Source: Phoronis australis
Taxonomy: Eukaryota > Animalia > Phoronida
Reading direction: 5' to 3'
NCBI GenBank assembly: GCA_002633005.1
Contig: NMRA01000186.1
Span: forward strand, 622,748 to 686,747
DNA length: 64,000 nt
Shown here: one piece after another, positions 41,322 through 53,610 of the stretch
Layout: each line of letters starts with the position of its first letter
Position numbering within the stretch: position 1 is the stretch's first letter
Made by a program: the position numbers and the translations under genes
The notes under the pieces: generated by a model
What the model was told of the DNA's origin: nothing
The model's input: only the letters and a program-made list of their open reading frames with translations
Database searches by the model: none

Positions 41322-41344
41322 CTTCTCTTGCCCATCTTGTTCAT
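41322..41344 (-). CDS. 23-nt linker micro-exon (DEQDGQEK)
   Basis: tctttgtttcag acceptor, gtaaca donor; converts phase 1 to phase 0, as needed to join the flanking exons. Confidence 0.62.
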
Positions 41345-41543
41345 CTGAAACAAAGAACACCAAAGATGATCAGATACAATATGTTATTTCACATACAACA
41401 AATCAGAATGTCATAGTATGGAGATTCTACAATCGACATTCCTTATGCTTATAACACCACGACTGGCTTTAAGGACATTTGTGATGAATTAAGTGATAGC
41501 TGTGAAATCAGATGTATTTAGGATGACTGTCCAAAGTAATTTA

Positions 41544-44376
41544 ATAAGAGCACTGCGGAGCGATGAAATGCGCCCACGAATGCATGGCAAATGGTGCGCT
41601 TCTAGGGATGCTTAGATTACGACACCAGATTACGCAAAGTATGTTGAATCGCTCCGAAACGAAAACATATCATCATTTCTCAAGTGAAAGCAATTTACCA
41701 AATTTCACAGCGTTTGTCGAATTCAATCTGAAAGTCGTCATCGTTTGTTGTCAACACAAATACACTTGCTAAATTAAATAATAAAGACCCTGCAGTGGGT
41801 TTAGGAGATACAGCTATGGGTGCAAAAAACAAAACTGCTAGTAGGAGGCGCCACAGTAGTTGAAGTTGTCAGAAAATTATTGTCAACTGACTTATTCACA
41901 CTAAGAACACATATGCCAATTTTCACAATCATCCTTAAAGTAGTTTGGTTGATACAGAGGCTGACGCCAAAAGGAGACAAGAAAACAGTAAAAATGGCCA
42001 CTAGATGACACAAAATATGCCAAATCCATCCCAAAACAGGAACATGTCATCGTTTCCTTAACAGAAAGGTAATTCTAAAATGTCATAGAAATCTCTCAAG
42101 GAACTTCAGAGAAATAGAGGAAAACGGGAAAAAATGAAAATGTCACTAGGGGGCGACAGCGTTCGTTGGATCCGTTTGAAAGTCATCATCCTGCATTATT
42201 AACTTCATATCAAGATACTTGCTAAAGATCCTGCAGTGAGTTTAGCACATATAGCTGTGGGCACAAAAAATGCCACTAGGAGGCGCCCCAGTGGTCGAAG
42301 TCATCGGAAAATCAACGTAAACTGTCCTCTTCACATTAACATATAATAATATGCCAATTTTCTTAATCATCCTTAGAATGGTTTGGATGATAGAGGGGTG
42401 AATGTAAAAAACTCAAAAACATTGGAGCATTGAAATGCGCCCACGAATGCATTGCAAATGGAGTGGTTTTAGGGTTATTTATTTGTATCATAAAATGGCC
42501 ACTAGATGGCGAAAAAACGTACAATCCTTCTAAAAACAGGAACATGTCATATTTCATAAAAATCTGTCACTGAATTTCAGAGAAACTAAGGAAAACAGAA
42601 TAAAATGAAATTGCCACTAGTGGGCAAAGCGTCCGTTGGAGCAGCCTGAAAGTTGTAGTCGTCTGTTGTTATCTTCATATAAATACACTTACTAAATTTA
42701 ATAAAAATCCTGCAGTGGATTTAGGAGATATAGCTATGAGCGCAAAACAAAGCAAAACTACCACTAGGAGGCGCCACAGTAGTTAGTCGCCATCAACAAA
42801 TGTTCTCTTCACACTGAAAACATATACGCCAATTTTCAAAACCATCCCTGGAATGATTTGGTTGATAAAGGGGTGGACGCCAAAAACAAGATTTGAAAAC
42901 AGCAAAAATGGTGACTAGGTCACCAGGTGAAAAATACGTCGATTCCATCCAAAGACAGGAAAATAGCATCATCTCACCAATAGATGCCTACATTTAAAAT
43001 TTTATGAAAATCTGTTGAGGACCTTTGAAGATTCAGAGTTAAACGTAAAAACTAGAATTGCCACTAGCGGGCACACCAGTGGTCAGATCTGTCTGAAAGT
43101 CGTCGTTGTCCGTAGTCAACATCATTTAAATACACTCGCTAAACTAAGTAAAGATCCTATAAAAGATTTAGGAAATACTAAATTTAATAAAAATCCTGCA
43201 GTGGGTTTAGGAGATACAGCTATGGGCGAAAAACAAAACAAAACTACCACTAGGAGGCGCCACAGTAGTTAGTCGCCATCAACAAATGTTCTCTTCACAC
43301 TGAAAACATATACGCCAATTTTCAAAACCATCCCTGGAATGACTTGGTTGGTCAAGGGGTGGATGCCGAAAACAAGATTTGAAAACAGCAAAAATGGCCA
43401 CTAGGTGGTGCAAAATACCTTGATTCCATACAAAAACAGGATGATAGCATCATCTCACCAATAGATGCCTATATTCAAAATTTTATGAAAATCTGTTGAA
43501 GACCTTAGACTACAGACTGGTAAATGTAAAAAACTAAAATTGCCACTAGGAGGCACACAAGTAGTCAGATCCATCCAAAAGTCGTCGTCCGTTGTCAACA
43601 TCATATAAATATACTTGGCATGCTAAATTAATTAAACATCCTATAAAAGATTTAGGAAATACAGCCATGAGCGCAAAAAACAAAACTGCCACTAAGAGGC
43701 TCCTCAGAACACAAAGTCGTCAGAAAATCATTGTCAGCTGTCCACTTCATAGTAAAAACATACATGCCAATTTTCACAATTATCTTGTAACTGTTTTGGT
43801 TCCACTTGATAGATGAGTGGATGCCAAAAAAAACACAATAAAAATGGCCACTAGGTGGCACAAACTAGGTTGAATTCATCTGAAAACAGATGCCTGTATG
43901 CCAAATTTTATGAAAATATGTTGAGGACCTTTGAAGATACAGAGGTAAACGTAAAAAATAAAACTGCCACTTGGTGGCACACCAGAAGTCAGATCTGTCT
44001 GAAAGTCGTCGTCGTCCGTTGCTAACATCATATTAATATACTTACTAAATTTCCTGCCACTAGGAGGTGCCACAGAAGTCGAAGTCATTGGAAAATCATC
44101 GTCAGACGTCAACCTATGTGGCAAATTTCATGAAAATCTGTTGAAGTCCTTTGAAAATACGGAGGTAAACGTAAAAAACTAAATTGCCAGTAGGAGACAC
44201 GCCGATAGTCGGATCCATCGGAAATTCGTCGTCATCGTCACCTTCACTAGGAACAAATCTGCCAAATCTCAAGATCCTGTAAGGGGTTTAGGAGATACAG
44301 CTGCAGACACCGGACACCCAGACAGAGATGACAGCAACATAATGCACCCACATATAAATATGTGGGCGCATAAAAA
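41544..44376 (-). mobile_element. Near full-length copy of the Helentron-type family, with an extra internal subterminal repeat near 42435
   Basis: Begins aataagagcactgcggagcgatgaaatgcgcccacgaatgc, ends cccacatataaatatgtgggcgcataaaaa. Confidence 0.85.
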
Positions 44377-44561
44377 GTACCGTTATTCAGCACATGCATA
44401 ACTTTCTCCAAGTAATCTTAGTTCATAAGATGAATCAATGCATGCAAGAGAAGTTTACAGTGAAAGGACTGGGGTTGCATGTTGATGTTTCGAATGAAGA
44501 ACGGTCATCCACAAAAAACTAATAGGAAATGGTGTACAGACTGAATGTTGGAGTCAAGGAA

Positions 44562-44658
44562 TGACTGAATAACACTCGGATAAACAGCTGACTGAATAAC
44601 ACTCAGATCCACAGCTGACTGCATAGCACTCAGATGACTGAATAACACTCAGATCCAC
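44562..44658. repeat. Short tandem repeat (tgactgaataacactcagat...), about 4 copies
   Basis: Directly visible. Confidence 0.75.
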
Positions 44659-45755
44659 CCATTTAAAATAAGGAAGCGATTCTTAGTAAGTTTTGTTCAT
44701 GGCAGTCGGTTGCTCACAAATTTACTTTCGCCATGACAACAAAAGTGAAGAGACCCAGCAATCTATTTTAATGTATCAATTGACACTGCTTGCCCAAAGA
44801 CAAGTGTAGTAAATGAATGGTAATGTGAAAATTAACATGTTTATGACATGTAATTTTACCACAAATTTACAATAAACTTATAAGCTACAATCAAAAATAA
44901 AAGTGTGCAATTTCTCTAATGATGACCAATTTCATCTCAGAAAGAAGTTAGATTTTGGTTTATCATATTGTTCTCATACTGGTAAACACCAATGATGCTT
45001 CATTTGGTAACTCAAAAATTAAGGCGAGGGTGTTAAACCGAGCATGCGTGTCAAAAATGCAAATTTTAAAAAGTGTTCAGTCACGGATGGTTGTTTACTC
45101 AGTTGATTCTGGTAAATACCCAAGGAAGTGCAATTACTTCAGAGTGGCACGGAAGCGTCAAATAAAAAGTTGTAGGAGAATATGGGTATCTTCCTGCTCC
45201 AATAAGGCCTGGTGCTACTACGAGTCTGACTAAACACTACTCAAGCTCAGGCAGCTAAAATTCACATTAGACAGGGGTGCACAAAGACAAAACCACATCA
45301 GCTTTTTAGGAAGTCATGGCTGTATAACTTGAGGGGCTGTTTGCCGGGTGAAAGCGTTTAATTTGTGAAAATCGTGGGGATTTTGGGGGTTTGTGGACGA
45401 GTATGGCAGGTGAGTTTAATTAAAAGAACTGAAGAAAGGTTTCTTAATGTGTAGAGCTTTCTGGAAAGGCTAAGAATACAGAAAAGAGGTAGAGGCGAAT
45501 AAATTTAAGGAAAGAAATCATTCTTATTTTAATTATCAAAGTAAAACAGTCAATGTCATTTCATTACATAAAAACAAATGTGATCATGACCTGTCAGTAC
45601 GCTTATTAAGTAAGCACTGTGTAACTGACATTGTCACTAATGTCATGGAGCACCTCGAATCCAATTTTTCCAAACCCATAACTTCGCAGATCTCATGCAT
45701 AAAGAACACACAGAGTTGGCAGAGTGCATGTACCATAATCTATGTCTGTAATTAC

Positions 45756-45932
45756 CTAGAAACCTCTTCACCAGACTTGGATGTGGTACATGGTTATGAA
45801 AATTCGTGAAGAAAGAATCTATCTCTTGAGTAACATAGTCAGTCCATCCGAGGGAGTTCTCATTTTCCTCCATGAAGCCTCGGCCTGCTTTATTATTTCT
45901 ACGCGTTTCAGCCAAAATCCATTTTCCAATTT
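45756..45932 (-). CDS. C-terminal extension of the CRAL-TRIO domain
   Basis: ttcttgcag acceptor, gtaatt donor; phase 1-1; EIGKWILAETRRNNK...DYVTQEIDSFFTNFHNHVPHPSLV. Confidence 0.72.
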
Positions 45933-46119
45933 CTGCAAGAAAACAATCAACAATAGTAAAGCTTATTATAAAACAGCTACTAGGAAATTACAACACTTAC
46001 AGCAAACATGCAGCGTGGATAAAAACGAAATATGAAATGTGCCATTGGTGATGTGCCTGAGACAAAGGCAATGGATGGGAGCCTAAAACTAACTAAAGTT
46101 AACTGTGACTAAAGGTATA

Positions 46120-47564
46120 CTGTATTTGCCCTAATAAGCGCCCTTAAATCTATAACCCCCCATGCGTTTTCAGACTTTGCTAAAACAAGCGCCCAGTCCA
46201 TGAACGTGTACATGTGAAAAATGCCTTACCTACAGTTCTAAAATTCGACAGTAATGTCTTCAATTTATCAATAACATGCGACAGTCCTGAAAAAAATCAT
46301 TGAACGTGGAATTTGTAGACCACAAGCCTCGCCACTATGTCAGTATTTAACTGCGACTGTACACTTCAAACTTCCGTTGTGCTTCAAAAAGAACGCAAAG
46401 TTTTTTTGCTGATCTTGCGAGGAATGTGTCCCCATTATGGCCTGACCTTTCAGAACAGACGCAGCGTACTGGTCCAGCAGACGCAGCGTACTTGTCAAAG
46501 GGATTGTATTGAATTTTGCCCGTACAGATGTTGTTTCTCAACAAGAATCTAAATTTCTTTGTTAACATGAAAACCGCGAATCGAAGACTAATAAAAAATT
46601 GACCTTTGTTAAAAGCACGGGGCCACGAAGCTCGCGCTATATACATGCACCTGTCATCGAAGACAGTTATCGGGAACTATCTATTCATGAAACGGGTAGC
46701 AAAGCATCGGCAAGAAATAAATATTGGCATTAATATCCCGTGGCTAACATTAAGGTTATTTTTAGGAGGAATTATCTAATTAATCATAATCGGTGTTTCT
46801 TAAGTCAACCCACTGATAGTGAACACTTTCGCACTCTTACACCACCCAAATCTCCTGGAAAATAACTGTTAGACTGTCACGCATTCAGTCACCCGGCGAT
46901 ACAATTCTTGAACATTTTTTAGCAGATGAGATCAACAAGTGCTAAATAAAACACATTCTGCTTTACTGCTTGTGTTAATTTCTTTAGTTACAACGCACAC
47001 CTGGATCATTACACTGCATTTATTCTGGCAAGTGAATTCTGATGACACAAACGCGCTCGTTCACTCACACAATATACAGACGAACTTCAAAACAAATGTC
47101 ACGTGTCACAATAGCATGTGTTCGTCCAGAAGTTTTTCTCATGTTGCAGAGTACGACCTAGCGCAGCTTTGGACTTAATCCTGACTCTACAGGAACTTAA
47201 AAATCTTAGGGACGCTATTTTGAAAACTTAAGGAGTACTTCATGTAATTTGTTGAGTCAAAACTGTATTTTTATGCAAGAATTCAAGTTGATCATCAGTT
47301 GACAAGTTTTCGCCCTGGGATTTCAGCACAATTTTCTGAAAAATGATCAAAATTTAACATCGAAATTTGATAGCAGTGCACTAAAATTTAGAAGAAAGTG
47401 TGTCATAGGTTACAGACATGTCACAGAGCATAAATTTGATGAATCCTAGCTTAAGAATTCACCCGTTTCGGAGACTGGGTTTCAACCTTCTTAGGCTATA
47501 ATAAGCGTCCCCCTCCTAAAATATTTTTTCTAAGCACCCTGGGCGCTTATTAGGGCAAATACGG
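46120..47564. mobile_element. Non-autonomous Tc1/mariner (pogo-like) element
   Basis: 24-bp TIR C(T/C)GTATTTGCCCTAATAAGCGCCC at both ends; TA on both flanks. Confidence 0.85.
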
Positions 47565-48216
47565 TACCTCACATGACCTGCAAACTGGGCATTTTAGGAG
47601 TTCAAAATGTCCATACCATACATATGCATGCACATAAATTTACAGCATGTATAGTTTTTTTCCATACTTCAAAAGCTGGACATGTCAAAATGTGTCAACA
47701 TCCAGCACAACCTGTCACAGCAAAAACGTAGTACTACATTGATCATTGGAGAAAAATCATTTGAAGATTACATTTACTTAACAGGAATAAAACTGTTTTT
47801 TAATTACCTCAGTTGCAACGATACCTATCCCTGATATTCCTTGACAAACATTTTCTCACATTTTAACAACTTTTGCCCTGGTGTGAATTTACTATCCATG
47901 CAACAATTGACAAGTGATGCAAATTGCTATCTAGACTATTGTATCAGCATCCACAAATTTTGAGAAAAGATTGACTTTTAAACAATTTCTTTCTTTCAAC
48001 GAAAGGCTAACATAAAAAAGTTACACGATGTCACAAACTGCTATTAGCGCCTCTGTTTGTACGACTAAAAACAGACAAACCAGAGACAGATATGGGTCAT
48101 GTGTTATGTTGACAAAAAGGCAACACTGACAGTGAAAGAGTTAAAGCGCTACTTACTATAATAAATCATTGTTTGTGAGATCAATAAATGGGATATATGA
48201 TGCTAATGTGAGCAAG

Positions 48217-50224
48217 CAGTGGCGGATCTACGGGGGGAGGGGTTCAGGGGGTTTAAACCCCCCCTCGGGCCAGGACCCAAAAATTAAAAAAACAAAAGCG
48301 TATCCAGCAAAACAAAAACGGCACCGCCAGCGTGTGTAAACCCCAAGTAAACCAACTTGGAAAAAATTGAGGGGGGGGTTCACTCTGAAAATATAGTTTT
48401 TTTGAATTGTGAATTGCTGAGTCTTTGTGGCTCATCGGCAAAACGCGCGGGGATTAATTGTGCGCGCGCTTCCATCGACACTTCTGAAGTAGCCTAGCAT
48501 TTTAGATGGATTCACCGCTGTAACAGCAGTTCTATAGCTGATTTCTTTTGGTAACTAGCTTCTTTACTCTAAGATATATTTTGATTTGATTAGGGAAAAT
48601 ACTGCGGTGCCGCAACCCTGATATTCAGGCGAATTGACGTGCTACGTTTTTACCTCATCTGTCATGCCGTGTCGTTCTATTACAATCCACACGTTTGTAA
48701 GTGATGTATAGTAAAGTTGTCTTGCGCAATACCATACAGTGTACATTACATGTACAGGTACATGTAATATTGTGTACATGTACATGTAATATTTTTGAAA
48801 AAAATTCTTTTTCCGAAGAATTGCTATTGTGGCGGGCGCCGTGGTCTGGTCGCGAGTCCGTTTGAAGACACACTCTCTAACAAGTTATGTCTATACAAGG
48901 AATGACCAAGGGGGCACTCACATTGAGAAAGTGACCGCATTCGCGAAAAGTGTACAGTACCAGAAATTGCGGGGAGGCTGTTCTTTCACAACAAAGTCTT
49001 GCGGGACTCGTGCGATGTTCAATAGGCCTCCTAAGGAGCCCTAGTTCCAACCTCAACACCTACCGTCTGTCTACCTGTGTGCCGTCTTCTATACTGGGAA
49101 TTTTCGCACAAAGGCTCACCCGATGAAATGCTCATACCCATGGGCATTTATTTGATATTAGTTCTTCGGGTTTCAAACGTTCAGACATTGGGACTTTTAT
49201 TTCGAAAATTGCAAGAGATGCAAATAGGTCCTGGGATGCTTCGTCAAGGTTTGAAGTAGTCCATGATGAACGGATCAAATTTAGTTGCGCATGTAAGTCT
49301 TTTGAATGGACTTGGCAACCTCAATGGTCTTAGTGTCAACTGAGCTGCGAAACGAGATGCTGACATTGTAGAGGCTTACAAGCTCATTGACACAGCAGTT
49401 GACGAAGTGCAAGCGTTGGGAACAAACATCGAAGATATNNNNNNNNNNNNNNNNNNNNNNNNNNNNNNNNNNNNNNNNNNNNNNNNNNNNNNNNNNNNNN
49501 NNNNNNNNNNNNNNNNNNNNNNNNNNNNNNNNNNNNNNNNNNNNNNNNNNNNNNNNNNNNNNNNNNNNNNNNNNNNNNNNNNNNNNNNNNNNNNNNNNNN
49601 NNNNNNNNNNNNNNNNNNNNNNNNNNNNNNNNNNNNNNNNNNNNNNNNNNNNNNNNNNNNNNNNNNNNNNNNNNNNNNNNNNNNNNNNNNNNNNNNNNNN
49701 NNNNNNNNNNNNNNNNNNNNNNNNNNNNNNNNNNNNNNNNNNNNNNNNNNNNNNNNNNNNNNNNNNNNNNNNNNNNNNNNNNNNNNNNNNNNNNNNNNNN
49801 NNNNNNNNNNNNNNNNNNNNNNNNNNNNNNNNNNNNNNNNNNNNNNNNNNNNNNNNNNNNNNNNNNNNNNNNNNNNNNNNNNNNNNNNNNNNNNNNNNNN
49901 NNNNNNNNNNNNNNNNNNNNNNNNNNNNNNNNNNNNNNNNNNNNNNNNNNNNNNNNNNNNNNNNNNNNNNNNNNNNNNNNNNNNNNNNNNNNNNNNNNNN
50001 NNNNNNNNNNNNNNNNNNNNNNNNNNNNNNNNNNNNNNNNNNNNNNNNNNNNNNNNNNNNNNNNNNNNNNNNNNNNNNNNNNNNNNNNNNNNNNNNNNNN
50101 NNNNNNNNNNNNNNNNNNNNNNNNNNNNNNNNNNNNNNNNNNNNNNNNNNGCGCCACGCGCCTAGGATTCGACCTTGGCGGGAATCTTAAACCCCCCCTT
50201 GCTGAAATCATAGATCCGCCACTG
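48217..50224 (+). mobile_element. Defective hAT transposon spanning an N gap
   Basis: TIR CAGTGGCGGATCTA / TAGATCCGCCACTG; relic LNGLSVN*AAKRDADIVEAYKLIDTAVDEVQAL resembles PRKRIR/ZMYM-type hAT transposases; flanks share gcaag. Confidence 0.75.
49439..50150. other. Assembly gap (N run); a second gap lies at 16820-16835
   Basis: Runs of n. Confidence 1.
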
Positions 50225-50605
50225 GCAAGCATTAATTTTTATACATAAACTGAAGATTAATTATTGTTTTTTAAACCATTCAATCTACATGGTGTTGCTA
50301 AGACGCCGACTTCCTACAAACCATTAAAATTGTGGGTCAGTTTGCGATTTGCAAATCAGACAGAGTAAGAATCTTTACGATAAGTATCCATGATGAGAAG
50401 ATAAAATAATTCCCATCTTTGAAAGCGTCCAAAACTACAGTAAATGAATTTGAACTGTTTGGCTATCGAACAACACACTTCTAAGTTCACCCACTACAGC
50501 TACATTTGACCAAACTTGGTTCACGCTTAGTGGTATGTGACCCTATTTGATATTTTCCCCTTGGTCCTCTACTAAATATTACCAAACTCGCCATTTTGAA
50601 CGTAC

Positions 50606-50809
50606 CATCTTGAGAGAGCTTAGATACCAGGTCAGCAGGTTCGACACATTGCACATTAAATGGTATGTCACGATTTCCAATCCATCTCTGAGTCTCTTCG
50701 CGCCATCTCCCTTGAGCATTGAGAATGTACACCTGAACAAAAGACCATGCACCAACAATGTTAGTTGGCACAAGGTTGTCCAGTGTGTGGATTTCATGAG
50801 ACCAAAAGC
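50606..50809 (-). CDS. CRAL-TRIO domain exon (second half)
   Basis: tttttcag acceptor, gtacgt donor; phase 1-1, stop-free GFWSHEIHTLDNLVPTNIVGAWSFVQVYILNAQGRW...; DMQ|GF junction and VYILNA strand fit CRAL-TRIO. Confidence 0.75.
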
Positions 50810-52449
50810 CTGAAAAACAAGCAACTGTTATACAATCATGACTGCAATACAAAACACTGAACAACAACAATCTTGGGACTAACAGATATCTCTTCACTGC
50901 TGGGTGTATCACGGTAAAAAAGTGCATGAGAAAAACTGGAGAAGAGACAACTGAGCCCATAGCTGAGTTTGCTGTATGAAAATTGATCATTAGTGAAGAC
51001 CCATCATAATGCACAGCCAATGAACATTGAATTCATATCATGATTAATCTAATTTTGTGACACAGCCCTAGCCCTACCAGGGCTGCATTTGGAGACCTAC
51101 AGGTCACAACTTCAGCTTTTGTTTGGAGAACCAGTAAAAATCTCAAGTAGCCACGCACTCAAAATACTTGGGGAAAATAGAGGCAGTCAGGCAACATGTG
51201 CCGATGACCTGCACTTGCAACAGAAGGTGAACCTGCATGGCATGTTGGACTCAACCACATCAGACACTCATCATTTTCCATTTGACTAAAACTACAGTTC
51301 TCTTCTACTGACAAGGGAGTTTCACCAGGACATACTCGACCAGTTGGCATTATGCAAACAATTAGTTCCTGACTACACTAAAATCCAGCATATGAACAAG
51401 CATACATTTGAATATGGAGTAGACACATTATTTTGCTGATTAGACCATGTTTACTATCTGAACTTAATAAAAAATGCTGTTTGGTTTTATTCACTCATTA
51501 GTCATTTTATGGCATAGTTTTAACCAGCCAATACCTAAATGACAGTACTTCTCATTGGGGCCATGGACCATTTTCAGAAAGTACTTAAGTATCAGTCCAC
51601 GGATCCACCGACCACTGTACAGCCAACAGGCGGCAAGGTGGGGGGTCAGTCATTCAGATCCATGTTTAGTCTGATAAATCACATTAGGGATGAGAGAAAT
51701 TGGGTGAAGTATGACACCACAAAGTTTGGTGGTTTAGGAGATACAAGGGAGGTGTTCTTGGGGGCAAAATGAGGCAATTTCTTGGTGTGGAATGAGTCAT
51801 TTTTGACCAAATTTTCTACTCCAGTTTCTGCTTCAAACAGAATCGTTTCTGAACAATTTTGATATCACATGATAGGTTCATGACCAATGTCAGTAAAAAC
51901 GGCACCGACACTGCAATATCGGTTACCATGGTAACACTGGAACTGTTTCCGTGGAGGTACATTTCCTTCTTGTGAAAAACCAGCAGTAAGTTGTACCCTT
52001 ATAGCGAAGCTGCCCCCGCGAGAAAACTAAAAATAATAACATGGACATGTAGAAGACTCCATGCCCTTGAAATTAATACAATAAAAACTTTGTCAGCCCT
52101 TCAGGCAGGCTTGGTAATAGGTGTCTGAATTTCACTATTTTCAGACCGCGTATGTGTATTTGTCATGTTAAACCAGTCACTAGTTGTGCGCCGTTTCTAC
52201 GCATTAATATGCCGTGGTATAATACAACAATTAAAAGAATTGGTTTGCTTAAATGTTTTTAATTAATTTTAAGGACACTAGCATTTCCCACTAAAATATG
52301 AAATTATACTAAATTTGTTCATCCAACTCGTCTGAATACCAAACTAAAGCTTACAATGCGTTAGTTGAATGATGGCTGACCTAAAGTGCGGGTTTGCGAA
52401 TTTATCTATTTATCTGGCACTGCCAGTCGCATCGAATGTGGTATTTCTA

Positions 52450-53610
52450 CAAATTGCGGAGAGAAACAACTTTGGAAACTCTTGGGAAATGCACAAGGTA
52501 TAGAGCGAGACATTTGAGCACCTTATAAGAGTACGTGGAGCTGATGTGGAGGTGGAACGTGTCCTCCTGAGAAGTAGTCTGTCTCAGTGTCTGCCTCGGA
52601 GGCAGGTGTGCAGCAGGAGCTACATAATCTACCTTATTAGATTCACTTGCCCGAATCATCGTTACAACACTCGAGATATATTGCTGTCGCCAAAGACACT
52701 GAGAACATCCACTGCACACTAGAGGAGAAATCTGATAGAGCCTGATAGAGGTCTGAAAAATGACCAAAGACGTTAAGTCAAGGTTCAACGTCCTGCTTCG
52801 TGTGAGCTCAGGTAGGAATCACTAAACTCCAGGGTCTGACCCTGAGGAATATTTTTAGAAGCACGTCATTCATGCAAAAATACTTTTATTGTCACACCGT
52901 GATTGCTTATAACTTGGGCCTTATTGCTTAATCATATCTTATTCAAATGTGTTGATGTTTATGCAACTACATGTATACATTGGCATAGAAAATAGGTAGT
53001 CATCATAACTTTTCATAACAACCACCAAATGTGTAACATGACTTCTGCCCATGAACTACTTTTAGAGACTAGGGAGTATGTTATGTCTGCCAATGAATTT
53101 CTGCGATTATGAAGTTAATTAAACATGCTAAAGCCGTCAAAAATATTGGTGCCTTCACTTTAGCTTGGTATTCATATTTTCTGAGCCGAAATGGCCACAT
53201 TAAATTTAATATGTTTAATTTTTTCATTAATACAATTTTAGGAATCGGGAAAGGCTTATGCTGAAGAAGTGGCTTCTGCTGAAGTTGGAGACTTGCCGAT
53301 TATTAGTAAAGGTTGGGTATGGAAAAGTTCACAACCAGCAAGAAGATACCCTTCTGGACAACTAAGTGAGGGGGCTAGAGAGAGGCCGTAAAGTCTACTC
53401 CCAGAAGATATGTCAAAGAGAATTTGTAGCTTGAGGAACGAGTCGGGGGAAAAAGTATTTGCCAAAGATTACTGGCTTATACCACAACAGGTCCAAAGTA
53501 ATTTGTTGAGATAGGCCACTCTCAGCAAATGTGGGGAAACTGGGACAGAGGAAGTGGAGTATGCATTGAAAGAGGCAATCTGCGATTGTCAAGGATGTAG
53601 CATTGTAAAA
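52450..53610 (+). pseudogene. Degenerate coding relic, possibly of a transposon-associated protein
   Basis: Stop-interrupted ISKGWVWKS..PEDMSKRICSLRNESGEKVFAKDYWLIPQQVQS, reminiscent of a marine-invertebrate repeat-borne protein family (GWALK..MR.ARDENG...F...EWL..QQI); from memory only. Confidence 0.35.

Noticed and set aside
49384-50232. Three long ORFs of 252-282 aa
   Set aside because: Artefacts of the N gap
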